Source: Candidatus Poseidoniaceae archaeon (GTDB taxonomy: Archaea > Thermoplasmatota > Poseidoniia > Poseidoniales > Poseidoniaceae). Taken from it: 64,000 bases of DNA. A model generated the notes under the pieces. That model saw only the letters and a list, made by a program, of their open reading frames with translations. It was not told where the DNA came from and made no database searches. Numbering within the stretch: position 1 is the stretch's first letter; each line of letters opens with the position of its first letter. Below are positions 1 through 10,720 of the stretch, in pieces. Location of the stretch: the NCBI GenBank assembly GCA_938075675.1, contig CALJHE010000006.1:88415-152414 (forward strand). Reading direction: 5' to 3'. Both the position numbers and the translations under genes were made by a program.

Positions 1-1
1 G

Positions 2-424
2 TTCAGCCGATTTGGAACAATTGCTGAATCATTGCCGGATGTCGGACTCGAAGAAGTTCTTCAATCCGAAGCAATAGAACTCGCAGATGTTGTTATCGTC
101 GACTCTGCCAGCTCGATTATGCCAAGTGATCTGGACGATACGAGTCGATTCCAACTCATGCAGCGGCTACGGCAGGTGTGTTCAAAAGGTCGTTCGTTAA
201 TGCTTTGCGTAGATCCAGAAGAAATGGACCACAAACTGATGCACACATTGCGTGCCTCTGCTGAAGTCGTTCTCGACTTGCAAACGGCAATGATTGGTGG
301 CGAGATTAAGCGAAACATCGTCATCACTCGGTTTTTGAGAGCAGCCGGTCCTATTCAAACATCCATTGGATGGCGAGTTGAACCAGGAATGGGCTTCATC
401 GTTGACATTACGGCGGTTAGCTGA
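2..424 (+). CDS. flaH: Archaellum/type IV pilus accessory RecA-like ATPase FlaH (ArlH), 5'-truncated by the window edge
   Basis: Frame is open from position 2. VVIVDSAS (Walker B region) and C-terminal WRVEPGMGFIVDIT are typical of FlaH; the gene is directly upstream of flaI and flaJ. Confidence 0.85.
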   Translation, partial: FSRFGTIAESLPDVGLEEVLQSEAIELADVVIVDSASSIMPSDLDDTSRFQLMQRLRQVCSKGRSLMLCVDPEEMDHKLMHTLRASAEVVLDLQTAMIGGEIKRNIVITRFLRAAGPIQTSIGWRVEPGMGFIVDITAVS

Positions 425-433
425 TGAGGTGTT

Positions 434-2155
434 ATGATGGTCGATGAAGAACTCAAGTTTGCTCGTGGCGACCTCAACGGGGTCATGAATGCACATCCTC
501 ACGTCGCTGAATGGGTGCGTGACTTTGAATCAAGCCATGGTTCACGCCCAATTTATTACGGTCCTTTGGACCGCGGGGCGAAAAAAGAACGGCCATACAA
601 TCTCATTTATATCACCAAAGAACCAATTTTTGTACACATTTACGAACCTCCGGCAGATGAAGAAGGTGGAGGTCAGATTCTTTGGTTTGGGCTCGAACCT
701 CAACTTTCCGAAGAAGAAGAAAACATCCGCCGTGGTCTAATTGAAACACTACTCCAAGAGGCTCCAACCGCGCCTTCATTCACTACCGATGACGAATTCG
801 AAAACATACTCTCTCAGATGATTGAACGATACACGCTCCTCGATACTGAAGCACTTACCAATGTACGCCGCCAAGGGCGCTTCTGGGAAATGCTGGGTAT
901 GGATGACAAGCGTCTCATTGTCACTGAAGCCCAACGAGAACGACTACGCTACATTGTCGTTCGAGATTTAATCCGTAACGGCCCACTTGAACCACTTCTC
1001 TCCGATGAGATGCTGGAAGATATTCACTCGATTGGATTGAAGCACGTACACATGGACCACAAAGTGTTTGGAATGGTAACATCCAACATTCGGTTCCGTG
1101 ATCGAGAACTTCTTTCCCGCTTTTTACGCGCAATGTCTGAAAGAATTGGGCGACCTGTTTCAGACAACAAACCGATTATTGATGGTGCACTGCTCGACGG
1201 TTCACGTATAAACATTATTTTCTCTGACGACGTTTCAATGCTCGGTCCGTCGTTTACTATCCGTAAGTTCGCTGAAGAAACCATCTCGATTACACAACTC
1301 ATTGCTTGGGGTACATTATCTTCACAGGTTGCTGCTTACATTTGGATTTGCCTTGAATACGGTATGTCTGTACTTGTGTCTGGAGAAACAGCATCCGGTA
1401 AAACCACTACACTCAATGCTATTCTGCCGTTCATAGACCACAACGTTAAGATTTACTCTGCAGAAGATACGCCTGAAGTGAAGGTGCGACACAAGATTTG
1501 GCAACGACTCGTTACTCGTTCATCGAAGAACGAGGAATCTCGTGTCGAAATGTTCGATTTGCTCAAGGCAGCTCTACGTAGCCGCCCACGGTACATCATC
1601 ATCGGTGAAATTCGTGGTGTTGAAGGTGCAACTGCTTTCCAGGCTATGCAGACAGGCCACCCAGTTATTGCAACATTCCACGCTTCATCCATTGTCAAAA
1701 TGATTCAAAGATTTACTGGTGACCCGATTAACGTTCCAATTCGCTTTTTCGACAACCTGAACTTTGCAATTTTCCAAGAAGTTGTTGAAGCACCTGGTGG
1801 CGGAATTGCTCGACGTGTTACTGGAATCGACGAGGTTATCGGTTACAACAAGCACAGCGATGGTGTACTCACCCGTGGAATGTTCGAATGGGATCCTGTC
1901 AAGGACAAGCACTATTTCCGTGGTATGTTCCAAAGCCACCTGCTGGAAAATAAAATTGCAGCAATGGCTGGGTTCTCGAACAAGCGTGACATTTACGATG
2001 AAATGCTGAAGAGAGCCGCTGCACTTGACAGAATGGTGGAACGAGAATTGACGCATTATGATGACGTCTTCGATTTGATTGGCATCTACTACAACAACGG
2101 ATGGGAACACTTTGACAAAGCCGTAGATACATGGACTGGAGTAAACCATACGTGA
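434..2155 (+). CDS. flaI: Archaellum/type IV pilus assembly ATPase FlaI (ArlI)
   Basis: Walker A GETASGKTT, Asp box SAEDTPE, Walker B YIIIGEIRG, His box TGHPVIATFHA, SFTIRKF; GAGGT RBS upstream. Confidence 0.95.
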   Translation: MMVDEELKFARGDLNGVMNAHPHVAEWVRDFESSHGSRPIYYGPLDRGAKKERPYNLIYITKEPIFVHIYEPPADEEGGGQILWFGLEPQLSEEEENIRRGLIETLLQEAPTAPSFTTDDEFENILSQMIERYTLLDTEALTNVRRQGRFWEMLGMDDKRLIVTEAQRERLRYIVVRDLIRNGPLEPLLSDEMLEDIHSIGLKHVHMDHKVFGMVTSNIRFRDRELLSRFLRAMSERIGRPVSDNKPIIDGALLDGSRINIIFSDDVSMLGPSFTIRKFAEETISITQLIAWGTLSSQVAAYIWICLEYGMSVLVSGETASGKTTTLNAILPFIDHNVKIYSAEDTPEVKVRHKIWQRLVTRSSKNEESRVEMFDLLKAALRSRPRYIIIGEIRGVEGATAFQAMQTGHPVIATFHASSIVKMIQRFTGDPINVPIRFFDNLNFAIFQEVVEAPGGGIARRVTGIDEVIGYNKHSDGVLTRGMFEWDPVKDKHYFRGMFQSHLLENKIAAMAGFSNKRDIYDEMLKRAAALDRMVERELTHYDDVFDLIGIYYNNGWEHFDKAVDTWTGVNHT

Positions 2156-2166
2156 GGTGATGTCGA

Positions 2167-3969
2167 ATGCAGCGAATGTCTTACTGGCAAATCGCCCTTC
2201 GTCGCGTTGAGATTCCTGTCGGTCAATTCCTTCTCTTTTACGTCGGTGGCGCAGCCATTGCCGGATTCTTGTTTTCTTTCCTTCTTATTTTCCTCACCGG
2301 TGGTCTTGCAGAAGGTGCACTGTTTTCTGGTGCTGCTGGAATTCTTCTCATTCTTCTTTTACCCATTCTGGCAGGTGGTGCAGCAGCAGCATATCCATTG
2401 CTCGATGTTCAACGGTCTGCAACCTTGATTGAGAAAGAGATGCACATGTTCATCACTCGAATGGGTATTTTATCGCTCGGTGAAGTAGGTGCTCAATCTA
2501 TTTTCGATATTCTCAAACAAATGAGTGATTACGGTGAGTTGGCGAATGAAGTCAAACGAATTGAAACACTTGTTGACAAATGGCACACTTCTCTCCCAGA
2601 GGCATCTCGTATTGTGGCACAACAAAGCCCTAGTCCGCTATGGGCAGATTTCCTCGATAGGATGGCGTTTTCCATTGAAGCAGGCCAAGCCATCGATGAG
2701 TTCATGCGTTCTGAGCAAGAGACCGTCGCTGAACAATACACCACTCTCTACGATACTCGCCTTGAATCTGTAGATACCATGAAGGAAATCTACGTTTCAT
2801 TGGTTTCAGCAGGATTGTTTGGGCTCGTTATTGCCGGAATCCACTTGGTCCTGTTCGAAGTTGGCTCAGCCACTGATACTCCGATTATGGTGGCCAGTCG
2901 ACTGAGATTCATTCTTTTGGCATCACTCGTCTTTACGATTATCCAAGTCGCTGCAGTCTTTGCGTTTAGAGCGACAGTACCCGAAGATCCAACTTTTGCT
3001 CGTGATGAAATGGATACGCCGTTCCGACTTAATTTCTTCCGAGCACTTGTCGGAGCCAGTATTCTCACCAGTTTCTTAACCGTCATTATGGTCATCCTAC
3101 TTGCTGCATCGTGGGAGGCAGTTACCAATCAATGGGACCGATACGGTCTCATTTTCATAGCCGCCCCTCTTTCACCCATGCTGATTCCAGCTATTATGAT
3201 TGGAAGAGAAGAACGCCAAGTGCTGCGAAGAGACGAGACGTATCCCGACTTTATTCGGGCCTTGGGTGGTACGGCACAGGCTCGTTCATCTGAACCATCA
3301 GCCACCATCAAAGCCTTGCGAGGGATTGACTTTGGTATGCTCGACCGTTCTATCGACCGATTGGAAAAGCGTCTGTCCACTCGTATTGATTCCGATCGAG
3401 CTTGGGACTACTTCAACGCAGATACCAATTCTGCTGTTATCTCCCGCTACACACGCATCTACATCGAAGGTTCACAATCGTCAGGTAAGCCAGCAGACAC
3501 CGCTGAGATGGTTTCCCGCTCAGTAGGAAGTTTGCTTTCATTACGAAGGAGAAGGTCCCTCTCAGCCAATACCATGCGCGGTGTCGCACTTGGTCTGCTC
3601 ATTGCTTCAGTGACCAGTCTCAACGTTACCATTGCTATTGTCCTCAAGCTCGGCGATTCTATTGCAGGTGTTGCTGAAAACTTCACTGATACGGATGTCA
3701 GTGCTTTGGCTGAATTCGGCGCCGGGTTGGCTCTTCCAGTCATGGAAGATGCTTCAGGAGTTGGAGAAAATATTCGAATGTTCAAGGTTATCGTTTCCAT
3801 TCTCATCCTCTTCCAAGTTATCGCAGTCTCCATTATTTCGAATCGGTTGCGAGGAGGAATCTGGACAACCGCTATGGGTCAAGGAATTCAACTGCTTTGG
3901 GTTGCAGGCATCACTTCATACATCACTTCTATGGTGCTGGAAGCCGCATCTGCTGTGTTTGGCGTTTAA
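2167..3969 (+). CDS. flaJ: Archaellum/type IV pilus platform membrane protein FlaJ (ArlJ)
   Basis: Polytopic membrane protein with two GspF-like cytoplasmic domains (YGELANEVKRI, DFLDRMAFSIEAG, YPDFIRALG); follows flaI; GAGGTGA RBS. Confidence 0.92.
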   Translation: MQRMSYWQIALRRVEIPVGQFLLFYVGGAAIAGFLFSFLLIFLTGGLAEGALFSGAAGILLILLLPILAGGAAAAYPLLDVQRSATLIEKEMHMFITRMGILSLGEVGAQSIFDILKQMSDYGELANEVKRIETLVDKWHTSLPEASRIVAQQSPSPLWADFLDRMAFSIEAGQAIDEFMRSEQETVAEQYTTLYDTRLESVDTMKEIYVSLVSAGLFGLVIAGIHLVLFEVGSATDTPIMVASRLRFILLASLVFTIIQVAAVFAFRATVPEDPTFARDEMDTPFRLNFFRALVGASILTSFLTVIMVILLAASWEAVTNQWDRYGLIFIAAPLSPMLIPAIMIGREERQVLRRDETYPDFIRALGGTAQARSSEPSATIKALRGIDFGMLDRSIDRLEKRLSTRIDSDRAWDYFNADTNSAVISRYTRIYIEGSQSSGKPADTAEMVSRSVGSLLSLRRRRSLSANTMRGVALGLLIASVTSLNVTIAIVLKLGDSIAGVAENFTDTDVSALAEFGAGLALPVMEDASGVGENIRMFKVIVSILILFQVIAVSIISNRLRGGIWTTAMGQGIQLLWVAGITSYITSMVLEAASAVFGV

Positions 3970-4008
3970 CGACCCAACAATCATAATCCCAGTCAGTGAT
4001 TGGTTGCC

Positions 4009-4458
4009 ATGCAAGCCCCGCCTCCACCTGCTGCATCCGCTGCTCAGAACCCTCCTGCACCCTCGCCGTACCTGCCTGCTGCCGGGTTTCAAACCTCACC
4101 GCTGAGTTATTCATTCCACCGCTGGTTGATGCTCGGCGTCATTTTGATACTCGCATCTGTTGCTTTTGTCGAAATCGTCGAAATGTTTGGTCCTCCATCG
4201 GTCGTCGATTATGACCTTGAAGCGGAAGGTGTTACAGAAAAAATAGCCGAAGACACAGAAGCGCACAATGACCTAAATCGAGTTATTGGTTCAGTTGGAA
4301 CCATACTTCAGTCCTTTGGATTAGGTTTGATCGGCTATGCTATGCTGCGCGAATCGTATGATGAAAAATACGATCATACTGCACTTCGAGTGACTGCGGT
4401 TATCATCGGTGTGCTTGTATTGCTGAATGTCGCATCCCGTAGCATCTCAATCGTTTGA
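4009..4458 (+). CDS. Hypothetical membrane protein (Pro-rich N-terminus, about 3 TM helices)
   Basis: Fills the gap after flaJ and has three hydrophobic segments. ATG 4009 preferred over TTG 4000. Confidence 0.7.
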   Translation: MQAPPPPAASAAQNPPAPSPYLPAAGFQTSPLSYSFHRWLMLGVILILASVAFVEIVEMFGPPSVVDYDLEAEGVTEKIAEDTEAHNDLNRVIGSVGTILQSFGLGLIGYAMLRESYDEKYDHTALRVTAVIIGVLVLLNVASRSISIV

Positions 4459-4460
4459 TT

Positions 4461-5111
4461 TCAGCGTTTCTTTTCCTGCGCAATACGTTTCTTCGTGGCT
4501 GCCCAAGAACAGATTGGGCATTGTTCAAGGTCATGGTTGCGTGCAGGACAGTATTCTCTTCCAAAGAAGATGATTTGCAAGTGTAACTTGTTCCACAAAT
4601 TCTTTGGGAATATGGCTTTCAAGTCCCGCTCAGTTCGTTGAACAGTGGTATCATTGGACAGGCCCCACCGTGCGGCAAGTCGATGGATATGAGTGTCTAT
4701 TGGAAATGCGGGTACGCCAAAGGATTGTGCCATGACCACTCCAGCAGTCTTGTGTCCTACACCAGGTAACGCTTCAAGTTCCTCAAATGTTTGAGGTATT
4801 GTACCTCCATGCCGTTCGATAACCAGTTCGGAAAGGCGATGTATGTTCTTTGCTTTCGTGGGAGCAAGTCCAACTTGCCGGATATCATTGAGTATGGTTT
4901 CGACGCTCAATTGTGCCATGGTTTCAGCAGTTGGAGCTTTTGCAAACAAAGCAGGGGTCACTTCATTCACTTTGAGGTCTGTTGTTTGAGCGCTCATGAG
5001 AACAGCGATGAGTAATTGGAAATCGTTCTCGTGGTCGAGAGGTACTGGAGTTTCCGGATAGTATTCCTCAAGCATGGCGGCGATTTTTATTGCCTTGTCT
5101 TTGCGTTTCAT
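4461..5111 (-). CDS. nth: Endonuclease III (HhH-GPD DNA glycosylase/AP lyase)
   Basis: FQLLIAVLMSAQTTD, HhH LEALPGVGHKTA, IDTHIHRL, C-terminal Cys cluster. Confidence 0.95.
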   Translation of the reverse strand: MKRKDKAIKIAAMLEEYYPETPVPLDHENDFQLLIAVLMSAQTTDLKVNEVTPALFAKAPTAETMAQLSVETILNDIRQVGLAPTKAKNIHRLSELVIERHGGTIPQTFEELEALPGVGHKTAGVVMAQSFGVPAFPIDTHIHRLAARWGLSNDTTVQRTERDLKAIFPKNLWNKLHLQIIFFGREYCPARNHDLEQCPICSWAATKKRIAQEKKR

Positions 5112-5422
5112 TCATCTCTCTCCGTTACGATTAATTGGGTTGGAATCTGATAGATGTATTCAAGACCCTTGCCAATAAAGGTGATACGGTGCGGTTCGGT
5201 TTGAAAATCCACTGTTTCTACCTTTGACTCGATACCGTGAAGCGGCATATTTGCACCGAATGTACCGTCCCGAAACAAATGGAGACTGGTTTCGACCAAA
5301 GTTACTGGGGATTTGAATCGAATGCTGTCTCCAGTTTGTTCGATATTGCCAGACACATGTCTGAAAAAGGATGTAAAGAACGTGCTCAACTCATCCCATT
5401 GATTGATATTGAAACGGGGCAT
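5108..5422 (-). CDS. Hypothetical protein
   Basis: 104 aa; 4-bp overlap with the nth start suggests an operon. Confidence 0.65.
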   Translation of the reverse strand: MPRFNINQWDELSTFFTSFFRHVSGNIEQTGDSIRFKSPVTLVETSLHLFRDGTFGANMPLHGIESKVETVDFQTEPHRITFIGKGLEYIYQIPTQLIVTERDE

Positions 5423-5431
5423 ACAACCGCC

Positions 5432-5686
5432 TCAAGACTCCATTTTGACGGAGTATGCTTCTCCAGTTACCCAACCAAAGAACAGACCAAAGGAGACTGA
5501 AAACAGAGGAATGCCGTTACAGATTAACGATTCCATCGGTTCTGTTGATGGTTGACCCATGATGTACCAAACGATCATCGCTAACAACAGTCCGGGAATC
5601 AACATGACTCCTCCCATAATCAAGGTCCGTAGCAGACGCATGGTAAACCGAGTGGGGGGGATGTCATGAATGTGTGGTTTCTTCAC
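5432..5686 (-). CDS. Small hypothetical membrane protein (2 TM)
   Basis: Two hydrophobic helices; tightly packed between polX and the next gene; GTG start. Confidence 0.65.
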   Translation of the reverse strand: MKKPHIHDIPPTRFTMRLLRTLIMGGVMLIPGLLLAMIVWYIMGQPSTEPMESLICNGIPLFSVSFGLFFGWVTGEAYSVKMES

Positions 5687-5688
5687 GC

Positions 5689-7626
5689 TTACGAAAGACG
5701 GCGTTCGAGTTCTTCACCACTGAGCGAGTTGAGAACATCATGTGGCTCAATCCAACCTTTACGTGCTGCCATGACACCGTAACTGATATCGGCAAGTCCT
5801 CGAATTGAATGTGCATCAGGATTTATGATGACCGGTACGCCCAGACCTTTCGCATGCTTGCACAATCTCCAGTCCAAATCGAGTCTGTAAGGGCTTGCAT
5901 TCAACTCGACCGCTTTGAGTCGACCATCTTCGTTGTGTTCTGCCATGTGTTCAAGCACTGCAAACAAGTCAACATCGTATCCATCCCTTCCTTGTAGAAT
6001 ACGACCGGTAGGATGCCCGAGAACGGTTGTTGACGGATGGTCAATGCATTGCATTAATTCCTCGGTGTTTTGCAACTCATCACGAGCTTTCCATTTGGAG
6101 AGTGCGTGTACGGAGGCTACCGTGTAATCAAGTTGGGACAAAACCTCATCGGGGTGGTCGAGTTTGCCACCTTCAAGGATATCCGATTCGACACCGTGGA
6201 AGAGTCGGAAGTCTGTGCCTTCTTTTGCCCATGCTGAATTGTAGCGTTGGATTGTTTCTCCCTGTTCCAATAAATCTGCAGCACTTGCTCCATTTGCGAT
6301 TTTAAGCGTCGGTGAATGGTCAGCGATTCCCAACCAATTCCAACCCATTTTCCGCGCTGTATCAGCCATCTCTTCCAGCGTGGCTTCACCATCTGAAAGT
6401 GTAGTGTGGTTATGCAGTGCGCCACGAATGTCTTGTCCCGACAGTAACTGGGGAAGGCTGGATGACTCTGCAGCAACGATTTCACCGGTGTCTTCACGAA
6501 GTTCTGGCGTAACCCAATCGAGTTCTAAGTGACGGTAGATGTCTTCTTCAGTGGATGCTTTGAGGGAGAACTTGGCTGCAGCCATACCTTTCAAATCGCC
6601 AGCTTTTGCATCCGGAATGAGTCCGAACTCGTTCAATTTCAATCCACGGTCTATGGCTCGTTGCCGCATGGCAATATTGTGTTCCTTACTTCCGGTGAAG
6701 TAGGCTAAGGTGAATGGGAAGACTTCTGGAGTGACGAGCCGTACTTGAGCATCGATTGTTCCACCGCTCTCAAGTTGTTCGTAATCATCTCCACCGATTG
6801 CATCCAACACGTTTTGGTCGATGTGTCCCACGGTAAATCCACCATCGAAAATGCTGGTGTCAAGAATGAGACTAATCTTTGAATCTCCTGCACCTTTCAC
6901 ATCAGCGATTCCTGGTAGCGATAGAATGGCTTGTGCCACGTTTTCATGGTGCTCATCCTCAACAGCAACAACGAGATCTAAGTCGCCTATGGTTTCTTTT
7001 CGTCGGCGAGCACTTCCGGCCAATTGCGCCTTAATTACACCATCAATGGAGGCAATCTTCGATTGGAATGCTTCTCCGTACATCAGGCCAACATCCAATC
7101 TCCGACGAGCTCTGAATCGTGCCAACAGTTCGATTCCGTCAAGCATTCGTTGCTGAGATTTCTTGCCAAATCCTTTCATTGGCGCAATTAATCCATCCAT
7201 TGCCGCTTCCTTTAGGGATGCGACAGAATCAACTCCAAGTTCTTCGTTCATCAGTTTGATGCGCTTCGGTCCGAGTCCAGGGATTCCGAGCATCTCAATG
7301 AGACCTTGAGGTGTCGTGTTATGCAACTCCACCCAATCGCTCGGCCACTCACCATCCATGATTGCTTGAGTAAGTGCTGAACCCAAGCCCTTGCCGATTC
7401 CTTTCATCTCGAATAGCCTCCCGGTAGAAACCAATTCACCGAGGTCTTCGGTCAAGCCGCCGAGCATTCGACTGGCATTTTGATACGAGCGGACACGAAA
7501 CACATTGGCACCGTTCAGTTCCAGGAGAACAGCCACTTGATGCATGACTGAAGCGATTTGGTTGCGAGAGAAATACGGTGGGCCGCTCGGTCGTGCCTTT
7601 GGTAGTGTGAATCCTCCGCCTGCCAT
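5689..7626 (-). CDS. polX: DNA polymerase X family protein with C-terminal PHP exonuclease domain (non-canonical palm)
   Basis: NVFRVRSYQNA, HhH repeats (GIGKG, PGLGPKR), AGSARRRKETIGDLD, YFTGSKEHN, LNEFGL, PELRED. PHP motifs LHNHT..SDG, IADHS, LGHPTGR, INPDAHS. Confidence 0.93.
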   Translation of the reverse strand: MAGGGFTLPKARPSGPPYFSRNQIASVMHQVAVLLELNGANVFRVRSYQNASRMLGGLTEDLGELVSTGRLFEMKGIGKGLGSALTQAIMDGEWPSDWVELHNTTPQGLIEMLGIPGLGPKRIKLMNEELGVDSVASLKEAAMDGLIAPMKGFGKKSQQRMLDGIELLARFRARRRLDVGLMYGEAFQSKIASIDGVIKAQLAGSARRRKETIGDLDLVVAVEDEHHENVAQAILSLPGIADVKGAGDSKISLILDTSIFDGGFTVGHIDQNVLDAIGGDDYEQLESGGTIDAQVRLVTPEVFPFTLAYFTGSKEHNIAMRQRAIDRGLKLNEFGLIPDAKAGDLKGMAAAKFSLKASTEEDIYRHLELDWVTPELREDTGEIVAAESSSLPQLLSGQDIRGALHNHTTLSDGEATLEEMADTARKMGWNWLGIADHSPTLKIANGASAADLLEQGETIQRYNSAWAKEGTDFRLFHGVESDILEGGKLDHPDEVLSQLDYTVASVHALSKWKARDELQNTEELMQCIDHPSTTVLGHPTGRILQGRDGYDVDLFAVLEHMAEHNEDGRLKAVELNASPYRLDLDWRLCKHAKGLGVPVIINPDAHSIRGLADISYGVMAARKGWIEPHDVLNSLSGEELERRLS

Positions 7627-7717
7627 GGTTCGTGATGACGGCGACCCTTCTCAAACGTTGCTCTTGCCCTTACCGTTCGGACTTCATGTTGAAGAACCAC
7701 GGCCTGTAGCATTGTTC

Positions 7718-8044
7718 ATGGTCAGCGTGATCTTCATCGAACATCTCGCCGAAGCACTGTGTGGTATTTCGGCAGTATTGTTCACGTTTATTGCGACTTT
7801 TTCCCGCTCACCTCGGGCTGAACACATTGTTCAGAACATTATTGCCATCGTCTTAATCGCCGCTGCAGGCGTACTTTGGTGGCTTTCGCTATCAGGTGGG
7901 ATGCTTTGGGGATCGAATTACCTCCCAAAACCTCTCTCATTGGTTTGCATCGTAATTGCCATTGCAGCTCGGATGAACATAAAGGGCGAAAATGTTTCAT
8001 TTGGAGCCAACCCTCATACGATCGGTAAGAATGAGGCAGAGTAA
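7718..8044 (+). CDS. Hypothetical membrane protein (3 TM)
   Basis: Hydrophobic 108-aa ORF from ATG 7718. The longer ORF-track start (7544) overlaps polX. Confidence 0.65.
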   Translation: MVSVIFIEHLAEALCGISAVLFTFIATFSRSPRAEHIVQNIIAIVLIAAAGVLWWLSLSGGMLWGSNYLPKPLSLVCIVIAIAARMNIKGENVSFGANPHTIGKNEAE

Positions 8045-8380
8045 TCAAACAATTTCGCCACGAGGTTGACTTGTTTCTTCTGCTGCTGTTGCAGGCTGGG
8101 CTGCTTCCTTTGCCATTTTTTGGTCAATGAATGTACGCATGTATTCTGGAAGTTCGCCGTTCACGAAAATGACATCGTGGATGTGGTCGAGTTTTTTGAG
8201 GGAATAGTAGATTTGCATTGCAGTCATTGGAGTGGATGAACAGCCGTTGCATCCGCCATCAAGTGAGAGCATGATGTTGCCGTCTGTTGTATCAAGGACA
8301 TTCACGACCCCATCGTGCTCATCCAGTATCTCTTGAACTGGTCCAATCTCTGCCAAGATCTCCTCGGCGGTGATGCTCAT
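8045..8380 (-). CDS. NifU/Nfu-type Fe-S cluster carrier domain protein
   Basis: ILDEHDGVV and [11 protein letters not shown] (CxxC) match the NifU C-terminal domain. Confidence 0.85.
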   Translation of the reverse strand: MSITAEEILAEIGPVQEILDEHDGVVNVLDTTDGNIMLSLDGGCNGCSSTPMTAMQIYYSLKKLDHIHDVIFVNGELPEYMRTFIDQKMAKEAAQPATAAEETSQPRGEIV

Positions 8381-8547
8381 GCTACTACCCTGCAGGCCTC
8401 TCCTCTTTCAACAATTGCTTGAACAGTTGCACCGATGATATTGCGTTGAATACCGCTCAGTTCTCATTAAAGGCCTATAAGAGGTGTTTTTCCGAGGGAA
8501 CTCCTTATGAGGGGTTCTTTGGTCGCCGAGGGTACAGGTGTTCTATA

Positions 8548-10671
8548 ATGATGGATAATATACCAATGATTGCCGCTGCAGCAGGTCTTGTCGGACTTAT
8601 TGTGGCTTTTTTGCTGTATCAACAAGTAAACAAAGTGAAAATTGACAACGAAAAGGTTGCCAGTATCACTGAAGAAATTCAAAAAGGCGCTATGGCGTTC
8701 CTCTTTGCAGAATACCGAGTACTTGCCATTTTCGTAGTGGTTGTCGGAGCAGCTCTTTCACAACTCAATGATACGAACACCGCCATTGCTTTCTTCGCAG
8801 GTGCACTTGCATCTGTGGCTGCAGGATTCTCCGGAATGCGTGCTGCAACCTCGGCCAACGGCCGAACCACCATGGCTGCTAAGAACGACGGTAAGGCCGG
8901 CGCTCTTGCAGTTTCATACAACGGTGGTGCAGTCATGGGCCTTTCCGTTGGTGGCCTTGGTCTTCTCGGCATCTCTCTTATTGCATACTGGCTAGGAGCA
9001 GGCGATGCAAATCCAGACCTTTCTGCTGCTGCAGGATTCGGAATGGGTGCATCTTCCATTGCTCTCTTCGCTCGTGTTGGTGGCGGTATCTACACCAAGG
9101 CTGCTGACGTCGGTGCTGATCTTGTTGGTAAAGTCGAAGCAGGTATCCCTGAAGACGACCCTCGTAATCCAGGTGTTATCGCAGATAACGTCGGAGACAA
9201 TGTCGGTGACGTTGCAGGAATGGGTGCAGACATCTTCGAATCCTTTGTGGGTTCAATCATTGCAGCAATGATTATCGCAAGTTCAGATGACTTTGGCGGT
9301 GAAGGTTTCACTGGGGCTTCAAACTACATCATGATGCCAATTATGCTTGGCCTCATTGGTTATGTTGCATCCATTGTTGGTGTTTTCTCAATGTTCGTTC
9401 TCAAGAACGGCAAAGACGCAGCAGCAGCACTTCGTAACACGACATTCATTGCCGCACTTCTGTTTTGGGCAGGTGGGTACCTTTCCATCCAGCAAGGCCT
9501 TATTGATGTTGAAATGGGTGTTATGCACTCAGTTGTACTGGGTAGTGTTGTTGGAATCGCAATCGGCCTCATTACAGAATACTACACCGGTATTGAACCC
9601 GTCTTTGGAATCCCTACCAAGGCCATCCCTCACATCGGTGAAATGTCCAAGACTGGACCAGCAACCAATGCTATTGCCGGACTTTCAGTTGGAATGATGT
9701 CAACATTCATTCCGATTCTTTTGATTGCTGCAGGAATCTTTGGAGCAAATCACTTTGGTGGAGACGACTTTGGTCTCTATTGCATTGCAATGGCGGCAAT
9801 GGGCATGCTTGCTACAGTCGGTGTGACCATGACTGTCGATGCTTACGGGCCAGTTGCTGACAACGCAGGCGGAATTGCAGAGATGAGCGGACTTGGCTCT
9901 GATGTTCGAGCAATTACCGATGAACTTGATTCAATCGGAAACACAACTGCTGCAGTTGGAAAAGGATTTGCAATCGGCTCCGCAGCTTTGACAGCCCTTG
10001 CTCTCTTCGCAGCGTACACAGCAGCAGTTCCTGGCGAACTTGATTTGACTCTAACCAATCCTGTTGTCGTTATCGGCCTTCTCATAGGTGGCAGTCTACC
10101 GTTCGTTGTTGCTGCTATGACCATGACTTCTGTCGGCAAGGCTGCTGGTGACATGGTTGTCGAAATCCGACGACAATTTGCTATCATGCGAGAAGCTTTG
10201 TCAAATGATAAATCGTTTGATGGCGATCTTGAAGACGCCACGACATGGCCAGAAAAGGTCGTTGCAGGAGACATGACGTATCCAGATTCCCAAACCTGTG
10301 TTGACATTTCAACAAAGGCTGCCCTACGAGAGATGGTTGGTCCCGGTGTTGTTGCAGTTGTGGCTCCAGTCGCAGTTGGACTCGCACTTGGTGCAGATGC
10401 TCTCGGCGGACTTCTAGCAGGTTCTCTTGTCACCGGTGTTCTCATGGCTCTGTTCATGGCAAATGCTGGCGGTGCATGGGACAACGCCAAGAAAGCAATT
10501 GAACAAGGTCACATTGAAGGCGCCAAGAAAGGCGACGATGCTCATGAAGCAGCCGTCATTGGCGACACCATTGGAGACCCGTTCAAGGACACATCCGGTC
10601 CATCACTCAACATCCTCATCAAGTTGATGTCCATTGTTGCAGTTGTCTTGGCTGGTACAGGACAACTCTGA
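8548..10671 (+). CDS. hppA: Membrane-integral pyrophosphatase, K+-dependent type (probably Na+-translocating)
   Basis: [48 protein letters not shown] (Ala/Gly is the K+-dependent signature), [14 protein letters not shown]. Start 8548 or 8551, after an AGGTG RBS. Confidence 0.97.
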   Translation: MMDNIPMIAAAAGLVGLIVAFLLYQQVNKVKIDNEKVASITEEIQKGAMAFLFAEYRVLAIFVVVVGAALSQLNDTNTAIAFFAGALASVAAGFSGMRAATSANGRTTMAAKNDGKAGALAVSYNGGAVMGLSVGGLGLLGISLIAYWLGAGDANPDLSAAAGFGMGASSIALFARVGGGIYTKAADVGADLVGKVEAGIPEDDPRNPGVIADNVGDNVGDVAGMGADIFESFVGSIIAAMIIASSDDFGGEGFTGASNYIMMPIMLGLIGYVASIVGVFSMFVLKNGKDAAAALRNTTFIAALLFWAGGYLSIQQGLIDVEMGVMHSVVLGSVVGIAIGLITEYYTGIEPVFGIPTKAIPHIGEMSKTGPATNAIAGLSVGMMSTFIPILLIAAGIFGANHFGGDDFGLYCIAMAAMGMLATVGVTMTVDAYGPVADNAGGIAEMSGLGSDVRAITDELDSIGNTTAAVGKGFAIGSAALTALALFAAYTAAVPGELDLTLTNPVVVIGLLIGGSLPFVVAAMTMTSVGKAAGDMVVEIRRQFAIMREALSNDKSFDGDLEDATTWPEKVVAGDMTYPDSQTCVDISTKAALREMVGPGVVAVVAPVAVGLALGADALGGLLAGSLVTGVLMALFMANAGGAWDNAKKAIEQGHIEGAKKGDDAHEAAVIGDTIGDPFKDTSGPSLNILIKLMSIVAVVLAGTGQL

Positions 10672-10720
10672 GTCCACTCCAAGCGTTAGGCTCTTGAACA
10701 GAGTCATGTTGGACAACATC

